A DNA stretch of 64,000 nt from Occultella glacieicola (GTDB lineage: Bacteria; Actinomycetota; Actinomycetes; Actinomycetales; Beutenbergiaceae): positions 1 to 64,000 of the forward strand of contig NZ_SMNA01000001.1 in the NCBI RefSeq assembly GCF_004353825.1, written 5' to 3'. Made by a program: the position numbers and the translations under genes. Below are positions 1 through 9,187 of this stretch, piece after piece (position 1 is the stretch's first letter; every line of letters starts with the position of its first letter). Below the pieces are notes generated by a model, which was not told where the DNA came from, made no database searches, and worked only from the letters and a program-made list of their open reading frames with translations.

Positions 1-1308
1 ACGCCCGACCGCACCGAGCCCGGCTCCGGGCCCGCCTCCGGACCCGGGGCGCCCGCCGAGGCCGGCCGGCCCCCGGTTCCGGCCGACGCCCAGCCCGGGG
101 CCGGGACGACCCCGGCGACCCCCGGCGCGGTGAGTGGCTCGGCCGACGACGCCGTCGCAGGCCCTGCCGGCGGCAGGACGGGAGTTCTCGACAGTGCTGA
201 CAGGGTCGACGGAGCCGCCACGGTCGCCGCGAGCGTCGGCGTTGGCCGCGCGACAGGACCCGACGGCGCACCCTCCACCGCGGGAGCGCTCGCCCTCGCG
301 GGATCGGCAGCGGGAGGCGCGCCGTCCGCGCCCGCCGCGGGTGCCGCCGGCCTGACGCCGGGCGGCACCGGTGCGCAAGCCACTACCACCGGCTCGCCGG
401 CCGCCGCCACGGGCGCGGTCACCGGAGCGTCCGACGCTGCCGGAGTTCCCGGCGAGACCGGCGAGACCGGCACGGTTGGCACGGTTGGCACCACCGGCAC
501 CGCCGGCAGGGCTGGCATGGCTGGCACCGCCGGCATGGCAGACATGGCGGGTACGGCAGGAATGGCAGGTATGGCGGACCCGGTCGACGTGGTGGCACCG
601 ACCGGTGCCACCGCGCGCGCTTCGGCCCCGACGGCTGGCGGGTTCGGCCTGCCGTCCGCGACCCAGGCGGCAGCAGCGGCCACCGGCGCCTTCGCCGACG
701 GCACCGGACCCGCACCCACGCCCGGACCCACGGCGGACCCGGGAACGGCCCCCGCCCTGGTCACGCCCCTGACCGCACCGGCGCCGCACGTACCCGTGAC
801 CACGACGGCGCACCCCGCCGTCGGGCCTTCCACGACACCGTGGCCGGCCGCCGCGCAACTGCTCGACGGCCTGCTCACCCTGCGGTCGACACCGGCAGGG
901 CAGCACACCCTGACGATCAACATCGCGCCGGATCATCTCGGACCGATCGCCGTGCGGGCCCACATCACCGCCGAGGGCATCCGGATCGAGCTGCAGACCC
1001 CGGACGCCGGCCGGGAGGCCCTCCGGGCGATCCTGCCGGACCTGCGCCGGGACCTGGCCGCCGGCGGACTGAACGCCACGCTCGACCTCGACGCCGGGCC
1101 CCGGGACCACCCGGGGGACGGCGCCCGGGCCGGTGCCGATCCCGACGACGCCCAGCGCGGCGGACGCGGTCCGGGCGAGGCCCCGGCCCACCGCGCCGAG
1201 CACCCTGCCAACAGTGCCGAGCGGGCCGACCGGGCCCTGCACCGTCCGGGGGTGGGCCGGGCGACCGGTCGCCCCGGCGGCGGTGCCGCCCTCGACGTCC
1301 TGCTCTGA
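1..1308 (+). CDS. fliK: Flagellar hook-length control protein FliK (5' partial)
   Basis: Frame is open from base 1; long Ala/Gly/Pro/Thr low-complexity region, then the FliK C-domain (LTINIAPDHLGPIAVRAHITAEGIRIEL...REALRAILPDLRRDL); directly upstream of flgD. Confidence 0.85.
   Translation, partial: TPDRTEPGSGPASGPGAPAEAGRPPVPADAQPGAGTTPATPGAVSGSADDAVAGPAGGRTGVLDSADRVDGAATVAASVGVGRATGPDGAPSTAGALALAGSAAGGAPSAPAAGAAGLTPGGTGAQATTTGSPAAATGAVTGASDAAGVPGETGETGTVGTVGTTGTAGRAGMAGTAGMADMAGTAGMAGMADPVDVVAPTGATARASAPTAGGFGLPSATQAAAAATGAFADGTGPAPTPGPTADPGTAPALVTPLTAPAPHVPVTTTAHPAVGPSTTPWPAAAQLLDGLLTLRSTPAGQHTLTINIAPDHLGPIAVRAHITAEGIRIELQTPDAGREALRAILPDLRRDLAAGGLNATLDLDAGPRDHPGDGARAGADPDDAQRGGRGPGEAPAHRAEHPANSAERADRALHRPGVGRATGRPGGGAALDVLL
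451..579 (+). repeat. Degenerate 9-bp tandem repeat inside fliK encoding G-X-X triplets
   Basis: ggcgagacc ggcgagacc ggcacggtt ggcacggtt ... ggcatggct ... translates as GETGETGTVGTVGTTGTAGRAGMAGTAGMADMAGTAGMAGMAD. Confidence 0.75.
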
Positions 1309-1324
1309 ACTCCAAGGAGACCCC

Positions 1325-1753
1325 ATGCCCATCCCACCGGTCGGTGCCAGCACCGTCACGCAGCAGCCGGCCACCCCGGCCCCGCCGAAGCAGACCCTCG
1401 ACTCCGAGGTGTTCCTGGAGCTGTTGGTCACCCAGCTGCGCAACCAGGACCCGTCGTCGCCGATGGACACCACCCAGATGATCGCCCAGACCACCCAGTT
1501 GGCCAGCATGGAGCAACTCACCTCGCTGGCCCGCCTGACCGAGGAGTCGTTCTCCCTGCAGATGCGTTCCGCGGCCGCGGACCTCCTCGGCCGGGAGGTC
1601 AGCTACCTCGACGCCGACGGCGCGACCCACACCGGGATCGCGAGCGCCGTCTCCTACGCCGACCAGGTGCCGACGGTGACCGTCGGCACCGAACGCGTGA
1701 CCCTCGACGCCATCAGCGGCATCGACGCCGGCACCGCCCCGGCCGCCTCCTGA
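1325..1753 (+). CDS. flgD: Flagellar hook capping protein FlgD
   Basis: FLELLVTQLRNQDPSSPMD...AQTTQLASMEQL motif; RBS aaggag before ATG 1325. Confidence 0.93.
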   Translation: MPIPPVGASTVTQQPATPAPPKQTLDSEVFLELLVTQLRNQDPSSPMDTTQMIAQTTQLASMEQLTSLARLTEESFSLQMRSAAADLLGREVSYLDADGATHTGIASAVSYADQVPTVTVGTERVTLDAISGIDAGTAPAAS

Positions 1754-1785
1754 CCACCACCTCACCGACCCTGAAAGGCAGACCC

Positions 1786-2961
1786 ATGCTGCGCTCACTC
1801 ACCTCCGGAATCACCGGGCTGCGCGCCCACCAGCAGATGCTGGACGTCACCGGCAACAACATCGCGAACGTGAACACCACCGGCTTCAAGGCCGGCACGA
1901 TCCGGTTCCAGGACACGCTGTCCCAGATGGTCCAGAACTCGGCCGGGCCGCAGGCCGGGGCCGGGGGCACGAACCCCGCGCAGATCGGGCTCGGCGTGCA
2001 GGTGGCCGGGATCTCGACCACTTTCACCCAGGGTGCGGCCCAGTCCACCGGGCGCGCCTCGGACATGATGATCGCCGGCGACGGGTTCTTCGTGGTCCGC
2101 AAGGGCAACGAGACCCTGTACACCCGGGCCGGTGCGTTCGACTTCGACGGCGCGGGCCGGCTGGTCACCACGGACGGCTCGTTCGTGCGCGGCTGGGCCG
2201 CCGTGAACGGCCAGGTCAACCCGACCGGCCCGCTCACCGACATCACGCTCCCGGTCGGCGCCCTCGCCGCCGCCGAGGCCACCACCTCGGCCACCGTCGG
2301 CGGGAACCTCCCGTCCGACGCCGAGGACGGGACCGAGCTGGTCCGTGACGTCGAGGTGTACGACGCCCTCGGCGGCACCCGCCGGCTGTCCTTGACGTTC
2401 CAGTTCACCACCGCCGGCGGCTGGACCGTCGCCGGCTCCGACGGCACCGACACCACACCCGCGCAGGCCCTGACGTTCACCGACGGCCGCCTCACCGGCG
2501 GCGGCACCCTCACCGTCGGCGGCGTCTCCGTCGACCTGGCCGCCGTCACCGGCTACGCCGAGCTCAACTCCGTCGAGGTCACCGACGTCGACGGTCGCGG
2601 CGTCGGCGAGCTCGAGTCGTTCACGCTGTCCCCCGACGGCACCCTGGTCGGGTCTTTCTCGAACGGGGTCAAGGAGGCCATCGGCCGCATCGCGCTCGCC
2701 GGCTTTACGAACCCGGCCGGCCTGGAGAAGGCCGGCGGCTCGCTCTACCGGGCCTCGGCCAACTCCGGTGCCGCCGAGGTGGGGACCGCGGCGTCGAACG
2801 GCCTCGGCCAGCTCATCGGCGGTGCGGTGGAGATGTCCAACGTGGACCTGTCGCAGGAGTTCACGAACCTGATCGTGGCCCAGCGCGGCTTCCAGGCGAA
2901 CTCCCGGATCATCACCACCTCCGACCAGGTCCTTGAGGAACTGGTCAACCTCAAGCGCTGA
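1786..2961 (+). CDS. flgE: Flagellar hook protein FlgE
   Basis: N-terminal GNNIANVNTTGFK; YTRAGAF; C-terminal EMSNVDLSQEFTNLIVAQRGFQANSRII. Confidence 0.95.
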   Translation: MLRSLTSGITGLRAHQQMLDVTGNNIANVNTTGFKAGTIRFQDTLSQMVQNSAGPQAGAGGTNPAQIGLGVQVAGISTTFTQGAAQSTGRASDMMIAGDGFFVVRKGNETLYTRAGAFDFDGAGRLVTTDGSFVRGWAAVNGQVNPTGPLTDITLPVGALAAAEATTSATVGGNLPSDAEDGTELVRDVEVYDALGGTRRLSLTFQFTTAGGWTVAGSDGTDTTPAQALTFTDGRLTGGGTLTVGGVSVDLAAVTGYAELNSVEVTDVDGRGVGELESFTLSPDGTLVGSFSNGVKEAIGRIALAGFTNPAGLEKAGGSLYRASANSGAAEVGTAASNGLGQLIGGAVEMSNVDLSQEFTNLIVAQRGFQANSRIITTSDQVLEELVNLKR

Positions 2962-3074
2962 TTCGTCGGCAGGTCCCCCTCGGCTGAGCGGGCAACGGGT
3001 CGCATCCGGGACGAAGGTCAGTGGCCACCCGCGGGACGCCGATCCCGCGGCCGGCATCGGCCACGGCCCGCGGT

Positions 3075-3142
3075 GAGATCGGACCTGCGGCCCTGAGATC
3101 GCCGCTCGCGAGCGGCGATCTCAGGGCGGAAGGTGCTATCTC
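3075..3142. repeat. REP-like palindromic element with a perfect 38-bp core palindrome (3090-3127)
   Basis: gccctgagatcgccgctcgcgagcggcgatctcagggc is its own reverse complement; imperfect outer arms gagatcggacct / aggtgctatctc. Confidence 0.75.
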
Positions 3143-3172
3143 GAGGGTTGGGGTGATGTGCGAGCGACCGGC

Positions 3173-3201
3173 CTTACCCGACCGGCTCACCGGCCGACAG
3201 T
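3173..3201 (+). promoter_or_regulatory. Putative sigma28 (FliA/WhiG)-type promoter of flbD-motAB
   Basis: CTTAC-N15-GCCGACAGT; a near-identical motif with the same spacing lies upstream of fliM. Confidence 0.55.
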
Positions 3202-3251
3202 GCAGTGCGAGGCCCGATCGGGCCCTTGCCCGCACCTAGAACGAGCCCACC

Positions 3252-3572
3252 ATGATCCTCCTCACCCGCCTCAACGGCGCCCGCTTCGCCATCAACCCGG
3301 ACCTGGTCGAACGCATGCATGCCACGCCGGACACCACGCTCATCCTCGTGGACGGCTCCAAGCATGTGGTCGCCGAGCCCCTCGACGTGGTACTGGACCG
3401 GATCATCGACTTCCGGGCCGCGGTCGTCTCCCGCGCCCGGGACCTTCCCCTCACCAGCGACCGGACCCAACTCGGTCTGGTGCCACTACCGTCCGCAGCC
3501 GCCGACCCGACAGCCCCGGTGCCGCTGCGGTCGCGAAAGAAGGAGGATCCGACGTGGACCCCGCAACGCTGA
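3252..3572 (+). CDS. flbD: Flagellar FlbD (SwrD) family protein
   Basis: MILLTRLNGARFAINPDLVERMHATPDTTLILVDG signature; located just before motA. Confidence 0.9.
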   Translation: MILLTRLNGARFAINPDLVERMHATPDTTLILVDGSKHVVAEPLDVVLDRIIDFRAAVVSRARDLPLTSDRTQLGLVPLPSAAADPTAPVPLRSRKKEDPTWTPQR

Positions 3573-4327
3573 TCGGCATCCTCCTCGCGTTCGGTGCCCT
3601 GCTGGGCATGGTCACGCTGGAGGGTGCGAGCCTCACGTCGCTGCTGCTGCCCGCACCGATCCTGCTCGTGGTCGGCGCCACCATCATGGTCACGATCGCC
3701 GGAGGCACGCTCGCGGACACCGGCCGCGCCGCGAAGGGTGCGGTACGCGCGATCCGGGGCAAGCCCGTGCCGCCCAACCGGACGATCACGACACTGGTGG
3801 AACTGTCCGAGAAGGCCCGCAACGACGGGCTGCTCTCCATGGAGAGCATGCTCGAGGAGGTGGATGACCCATTCCTGCGGGAGGCGTTCCAGGCCATCGT
3901 GGACGGTATGGACTCCGAGGAGCTGCGGCAACTGCTCGAGGACAAGCTGGACACGAAGTCCGGGCGGGACCGGCAGGTCGCCAAGTTCTACTCCGACATG
4001 GGCGGGTACGCCCCCACCATCGGCATCGTCGGCACCGTGGTCTCCCTGGTGCACGTGCTGGAGTACCTCTCCGAGCCAGCCACGCTCGGCCCGTCGATCG
4101 CGGCGGCGTTCGTGGCGACCCTCTGGGGCGTGATGACCGCGAACTTCCTCTGGCTGCCGATCTCGAACCGGCTCAAGCGGCTGTCCGACCTCGAGTGCGA
4201 CCGGATGACCCTGGTCATCGAGGGTGCCCTCGCCGTGCAGGGCGGCCTTCAGACCCGCGCCCTGGACGAACGCCTGCGCGCACTCGTACCGGACGACCTC
4301 CCGCAGCAGAAGGAGAAGGCGGCATGA
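3554..4327 (+). CDS. motA: Flagellar stator protein MotA
   Basis: VDPATLIG start after RBS ggagg; ARNDGLLSME; GGYAPTIGIVGTV; AAAFVATLWG. Confidence 0.93.
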   Translation: MDPATLIGILLAFGALLGMVTLEGASLTSLLLPAPILLVVGATIMVTIAGGTLADTGRAAKGAVRAIRGKPVPPNRTITTLVELSEKARNDGLLSMESMLEEVDDPFLREAFQAIVDGMDSEELRQLLEDKLDTKSGRDRQVAKFYSDMGGYAPTIGIVGTVVSLVHVLEYLSEPATLGPSIAAAFVATLWGVMTANFLWLPISNRLKRLSDLECDRMTLVIEGALAVQGGLQTRALDERLRALVPDDLPQQKEKAA

Positions 4328-5142
4328 GTCGCGCCGGCACAACTCGTTCCCGCCGGGTCCACGCCGCCCACAGCGAGGAGGGCGGCGACGAACGCTGGCT
4401 GGTCTCCTACTCGGACATGATCACGGTCCTGATGGCGCTGTTCATCGTGATGTTCGCGATCTCCAGCGTGGACCAGGGCAAGTACGACGAGCTGCGCAAC
4501 GCACTCTCCACGGGCTTCGGACAGACCGATCTCGGCCGGGTCGACATCACCGAGGGCGTGGTGGTCCCGCCCGAGGAGATGCCCGGCCCGGCGGCCACCC
4601 CGCAGCCCGAGACCGACGCCGACCGGGCCGCGGTGGAACTGGCCTCGCTGGAGCAGCTCCGCGACCACGTCGCGGCCGCGCTCGCAGCCGACGGGCTGGC
4701 GGGAGCGGCCCGCCTCACCCTGGACGAGCGGGGTCTGACCATCGGGCTGGTCACCTCCGAGATGTTCTTCGAACCCAACCGGGCCGAGCTCACCAGCCGC
4801 GCGGTGCAGGTCCTCGACGCGGTCACCCCGGTCGTGGTGGCCTCCCGATACGCCGTCTCCGTGGAGGGGCACGCCGACCACCGCACCGGCACCTACCCGT
4901 TCCCGACGAACTGGGAGCTCTCCTCCGGCCGCGCCACCCAGGTGGTCCGGCACATGATCGCCACCGGCGGCATCGGCCCGGAGCGGATCGCGGCCGTCGG
5001 GTTCGGCGACTCCCGTCCCCTGGCGGACGGCTCCGCCCCTGACGCCCTGGCGATGAACCGTCGGGTCGACATCGTGGTCCTCTCGGACGCGCCGGAGTCC
5101 GTGCGAGCGTTGCTGCCCCAGTTGCTGTCAGAGGGCACCTGA
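4324..5142 (+). CDS. motB: Flagellar stator protein MotB
   Basis: ERWLVSYSDMITVLMALFIVMFAIS TM with conserved Asp; OmpA-like domain (VEGHAD, NWELSSGRA, NRRVDI); ATGA overlap with motA. Confidence 0.93.
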   Translation: MSRAGTTRSRRVHAAHSEEGGDERWLVSYSDMITVLMALFIVMFAISSVDQGKYDELRNALSTGFGQTDLGRVDITEGVVVPPEEMPGPAATPQPETDADRAAVELASLEQLRDHVAAALAADGLAGAARLTLDERGLTIGLVTSEMFFEPNRAELTSRAVQVLDAVTPVVVASRYAVSVEGHADHRTGTYPFPTNWELSSGRATQVVRHMIATGGIGPERIAAVGFGDSRPLADGSAPDALAMNRRVDIVVLSDAPESVRALLPQLLSEGT

Positions 5143-5170
5143 CCATCCACCAACGTCTAGACACGAATCG

Positions 5171-5199
5171 CTTACATCGGGGGCGCCGGCGACGACAGT
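5171..5199 (+). promoter_or_regulatory. Putative sigma28-type promoter of fliM-flhA
   Basis: CTTAC-N15-GACGACAGT, matching the motif at 3173-3201. Confidence 0.5.
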
Positions 5200-5206
5200 C
5201 AGCGGT

Positions 5207-6112
5207 GTGACGGTCGCAGACACGCGCGCAGGCGCTCCATCCCCCGCACCAGGTGATCCCGTGGTGTATGACTTCCGTCGACCCACGGCGCTGGCCAGGG
5301 AGCAGTCGCGGATCCTGGAGCTCGCGTTCGAGACGTTCGCCCGGCAGTGGGGGACGCAGCTGACCGCCAAGGTTCGGGTGCGCTCCCGCGTCGAACTCGA
5401 CCAGGTCCGGCTGCAGACCTACGACGACTACACCGCCGGCCTGCCCACGCTCACCACGATGGTGCTCCTGGAACTGCCCGGCGAGTCCCCGCGGGCGGTG
5501 ATCCAGTTCCCGGTCGGTGCCGCGCTCACCTGGATCGGGCACATGCTCGGTGCCACCGCGGAGCAGGCGCCCGACGCCGACCGGGAACTGACCGTCCTGG
5601 AACAGAACCTCGTCCGCCGGCTGATGAGTGACGCCGTCGAGGACCTGCGGTACTCCCTCGGCGAACTGCTGGGGGTCGCCCCGGAGGTGCGCTCGCTGCG
5701 CTTCAACGCCCAGTTCGCGCAGGCCGCCGGGCCGAACGAACCGATGGTCGTGGCCGCGTTCACGGTGACGTTCGGCGAACGCAGCGTCACCGCCACCCTG
5801 GCGCTGCCCTCCGTCACCCTGCTCCCCCAGCTCGGCGGAACGGTCCCGACCACCGGGGGCCCCGCCGCGGATCTGATCGCCGGGGCCCTGGAACTGGTGC
5901 CCCTGGGGGTGTCCGTGCGGCTCGCCCCGGTCCCGGTCCGGCCCGCGCAGATCCTCGACCTCGCGATCGGCGACCTGATCACCATCCCTCACCCACGAAC
6001 GCGGCCGCTCGACGTCGCCGTCGACGACCGGGTGCTCGCCACCGCCGCCGTCGGGTCCACCGGTTCCCGGTTGGCCTGCGTCATCGTCACCACCGAGGAG
6101 TCCAACCGATGA
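5207..6112 (+). CDS. fliM: Flagellar motor switch protein FliM
   Basis: VYDFRRP motif, FETFAR, RELTVLE, C-terminal SpoA-like domain. Confidence 0.88.
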   Translation: MTVADTRAGAPSPAPGDPVVYDFRRPTALAREQSRILELAFETFARQWGTQLTAKVRVRSRVELDQVRLQTYDDYTAGLPTLTTMVLLELPGESPRAVIQFPVGAALTWIGHMLGATAEQAPDADRELTVLEQNLVRRLMSDAVEDLRYSLGELLGVAPEVRSLRFNAQFAQAAGPNEPMVVAAFTVTFGERSVTATLALPSVTLLPQLGGTVPTTGGPAADLIAGALELVPLGVSVRLAPVPVRPAQILDLAIGDLITIPHPRTRPLDVAVDDRVLATAAVGSTGSRLACVIVTTEESNR

Positions 6113-6789
6113 GCACCACCACCGCCCCCTCCGCCACCCTCGACGCCGCCTCGGCGCTCACCGCGCTGATGCCGATGCCCGTCTCCGGGGTCCAGATCCG
6201 GCCGGACGACCTCGCCGCCGACGGCGCTGCCACCGCCTTCCTGGCCTCGTTCGTGGGCGCGACCTCCGCGGAGGTGGCGCTCGCGCTCACAGATGACCTG
6301 CCGACCGACGGTCTGGTCTCCGGCGCGGACGTGCTGCGGCCCGCCCTGGAGGCGGCCACCGCCGCCCTCGGCTCCGGGATCCTCTCGGACATCACCGAGG
6401 GTGACGCCGGCGATCTGCTCGCCGCCTCCGACGTCGCGGTCTACGACCTGAACGCCCCGGACGGCCGGACCCTCGGCTGGTTCGCGATCCGGCTCCGCCC
6501 GAACGCGAACCCGGGTGGCCGGGCCACGGGCGCGTCCCGCACCGGCCGGATCAGCCGGATCAACGACGTGGAGATGACCCTCACGGTGGAGATCGGCCGC
6601 ACCCGGATGAGCGTGCGGGACGTGCTGGACCTGGAGCCCGGCGGCGTAGTCGAGCTCGACCGGTCCGCCGGTGCCCCGGCCGACCTGCTCCTCAACGGCC
6701 GGCTGATCGCGCACGGCGAGGTGGTCGTCGTGGACCAGGACTACGCGATCCGCGTCACTCAGATCCTGGACGCGACCGAGGCCGACTGA
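6109..6789 (+). CDS. fliN: Flagellar motor switch protein FliN (N-terminally extended)
   Basis: C-terminal DVEMTLTVEIGRTRMSVRDVLDLEPGGVVELDRSAGAPADLLLNGRLIAHGEVVVVD. Confidence 0.92.
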   Translation: MSTTTAPSATLDAASALTALMPMPVSGVQIRPDDLAADGAATAFLASFVGATSAEVALALTDDLPTDGLVSGADVLRPALEAATAALGSGILSDITEGDAGDLLAASDVAVYDLNAPDGRTLGWFAIRLRPNANPGGRATGASRTGRISRINDVEMTLTVEIGRTRMSVRDVLDLEPGGVVELDRSAGAPADLLLNGRLIAHGEVVVVDQDYAIRVTQILDATEAD

Positions 6790-7250
6790 TGGACACCCTC
6801 CTGCTGGCGCTGCGGGTGGCGCTCTCGCTGGCGTGCGTGCTCGCTCTGATGTGGTTCGCGCAGCGCCGCCTCGGCCGCGCCCGGACCCGGCGCCGCGGCG
6901 AACTGGACGTGGTGGCTCGCCAGAACCTGGGCGGGAAGGCCCAGGTCGTCCTGCTGGAGACCGCCGGCAGCCGGTTCCTGCTCGGCGTGACCGAGCACCA
7001 GGTCACCGTCCTGCACACCGTGGACGCCCCCGCCGCCGCGACCGTGCCCAGCCAGCCCACCTTCGAGGCCTCCCTGGCCCGCGCCACGGACGACACCGGC
7101 GGTGCCGGCGGTGCCGATGGTGACCGGCCCACGCTGCTCCCGGTGAACGCCCTCGAGCCGCCGACGGGCTGGGCGGCGGGCTCCCTGTTCGACGTCGGCA
7201 CCTGGAAGGCGGCCGCCGCGGCGGTCACCGGTAGGAACCGGGCCGCGTGA
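6789..7250 (+). CDS. fliO: Flagellar biosynthesis protein FliO
   Basis: N-terminal TM, LDVVARQNLGGKAQVVLLE...FLLGVTE; located between fliN and fliP. Confidence 0.85.
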   Translation: MDTLLLALRVALSLACVLALMWFAQRRLGRARTRRRGELDVVARQNLGGKAQVVLLETAGSRFLLGVTEHQVTVLHTVDAPAAATVPSQPTFEASLARATDDTGGAGGADGDRPTLLPVNALEPPTGWAAGSLFDVGTWKAAAAAVTGRNRAA

Positions 7251-8149
7251 GCACCCTCGCCATCGACACTGCCGACGCCTTCGGCCGGGTGCCCGCCGCC
7301 GCCCGGGTGCGCCGGATCGTCCTGACCCTGCTCGCCGTCGTCACCCTGACGGTGCTCGTCGGCATCCTGTTCTCCGGGTCCGCACACGCCGACACCGTCG
7401 ATCCCACCGACCCGAGCACGCCCACGGTGCCCACGGGCCCCACCGGTCCGACCGGCCCCGACGACACCGCCGATCCGGCGGGCGGCGTGTCGGTCTCCAT
7501 CAACGGCCCGAACGGCGCGCCGAACAGCGCGATCGTCACCCTGCTCGCGGTCACGGTGTTGGCCGTCGCGCCGTCGCTGCTGCTCATGATGACGGCGTTC
7601 ACGAAGATCTTCGTGGTGCTGGCGATGACCCGGAACGCGCTCGGGCTGACCACGGTGCCGCCGAACCAGGTGCTCGCCGGGCTCGCCCTGTTCCTCTCGC
7701 TGTTCATCATGGCGCCGGTGCTGAGCGAGATCAACGACGTCGCCCTGCAGCCCTATCTGGCCGGGGACATCCTGGTCAGCGACGCCTTCGACCTCGGCTC
7801 CGGACCGCTGCGCGAGTTCATGCTCGCCCACACCCGTGAGGAGGACCTGGCGCTGATGACCCGGGCCGCCGGCACGGAGAACCCCGAGAGCACCGCCATG
7901 GTGCCGCTCACCACCCTCGTGCCCGCGTTCATGATCTCCGAGCTCCGGGCCGCGTTCATCATCGCGTTCGTCATCTTCGTGCCGTTCCTGATCATCGACC
8001 TGGTCACCTCCGCGGCCCTGATGAGCATGGGCATGATGATGCTGCCGCCGGTCATGATCTCGCTGCCGTTCAAACTGCTGCTGTTCATCCTCGTCGACGG
8101 TTGGGGACTGATCGTCACGGCCCTGGTCTCCTCCTACCAGGTGACCTGA
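7247..8149 (+). CDS. fliP: Flagellar export gate protein FliP
   Basis: MMTAFTKIFVVL...RNALG...PPNQVL; PAFMISEL; MGMMMLPPVMISLPFKLLLFILVDGW. Confidence 0.96.
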   Translation: MSTLAIDTADAFGRVPAAARVRRIVLTLLAVVTLTVLVGILFSGSAHADTVDPTDPSTPTVPTGPTGPTGPDDTADPAGGVSVSINGPNGAPNSAIVTLLAVTVLAVAPSLLLMMTAFTKIFVVLAMTRNALGLTTVPPNQVLAGLALFLSLFIMAPVLSEINDVALQPYLAGDILVSDAFDLGSGPLREFMLAHTREEDLALMTRAAGTENPESTAMVPLTTLVPAFMISELRAAFIIAFVIFVPFLIIDLVTSAALMSMGMMMLPPVMISLPFKLLLFILVDGWGLIVTALVSSYQVT

Positions 8150-8150
8150 C

Positions 8151-8426
8151 GTGGATACCTCGGCCGTCCTGGACATCGCGGTGGACGCTCTCGTCCTCGC
8201 CGCGAAGTTGTGCCTTCCGATCCTGGTCACCGCCCTGGTCGTCGGGTTCGGGATCTCCCTGCTGCAGTCGATGACCCAGATCCAGGAGATCACCCTCTCG
8301 TTCGTGCCGAAGGCCGCTGCCGTGGCCGTCGCCCTGCTCATCAGCGGGCACTGGATGATCTCCGAGCTGACCAGCTTCACCACCGGCCTGTTCGACGCCA
8401 TCCCCGGCCTTCTGGGCGGGGGCTGA
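8151..8426 (+). CDS. fliQ: Flagellar export gate protein FliQ
   Basis: QSMTQIQEITLSFVPK motif. Confidence 0.95.
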   Translation: MDTSAVLDIAVDALVLAAKLCLPILVTALVVGFGISLLQSMTQIQEITLSFVPKAAAVAVALLISGHWMISELTSFTTGLFDAIPGLLGGG

Positions 8427-8427
8427 C

Positions 8428-9186
8428 ATGGGGTTCCAGTTGGACCAGGGCTGGCTGGAGGCGGTGCTGCTCGCCGCGGTGCGGGTGACCGCGTTCCTGT
8501 TCATCGCGCCCCCGTTCGCCCACCGCGGGGTGCCGGCCCGGATCAAGGCGATGCTCGCCGTCGGGCTCGCCCTGGCGGTGTCCCCGGTGGTGACGTCCGG
8601 GTACGTCAGCCTGGAGCTGCCTGACTTCCTGCTCACGCTCGTGTCCCAGCTGTTCATCGGTGCCGGTCTCGGCACGCTCGTCGCCGTCGTGTTCGCCGCG
8701 GTGCAGTCCGCCGGCAGCCTGATCGACCTGTTCGGCGGGTTCCAGATGGCGCAGGCCTTCGACCCGGGTCTGCAGGTCTCGGTGAGTCCGTTCGGCCGGC
8801 TCTACCACTTCGCCGCGATCGTGCTGCTGTTCGCCTCGGACGGCTACCAGCTGATCCTGGCCGGCCTGGTCCGCACGTTCACCGCACTGCCGCTCGGTGC
8901 GGCCTGGCCGAGCGCCGACCCGGCCGCAGCCCTGACCACCGGGCTGAGCGAGATGTTCGTGGCGGCCCTGCAGATCGCCGGCCCGATGATCGTGGTCCTC
9001 TTCCTCGCCGACGCAGGGCTCGGCCTGCTCACCCGGGTCGCGCCCGCCCTGAACGCGTTCGCGCTCGGCTTCCCGGTGAAGATCCTGCTGACCGTGTCCC
9101 TGGCGGCCACCGCGTTCCTGGCCCTGCCCAGGATCGTCGCCTCCCTGACCGACCAGGTCACGGACATCCTCGTGGGGGTGGGCTGA
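8428..9186 (+). CDS. fliR: Flagellar export gate protein FliR
   Basis: Hydrophobic; AGSLIDLFGGF; GLLTRVAPALNAFALGFPVK. Confidence 0.93.
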   Translation: MGFQLDQGWLEAVLLAAVRVTAFLFIAPPFAHRGVPARIKAMLAVGLALAVSPVVTSGYVSLELPDFLLTLVSQLFIGAGLGTLVAVVFAAVQSAGSLIDLFGGFQMAQAFDPGLQVSVSPFGRLYHFAAIVLLFASDGYQLILAGLVRTFTALPLGAAWPSADPAAALTTGLSEMFVAALQIAGPMIVVLFLADAGLGLLTRVAPALNAFALGFPVKILLTVSLAATAFLALPRIVASLTDQVTDILVGVG

Positions 9187-9187
9187 G

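Noticed and set aside
7391..7470. Pro/Thr/Gly repeat (PTVPTGPTGPTGP) in fliP
   Set aside because: Short low-complexity linker after the signal-like segment; no evidence of independent function
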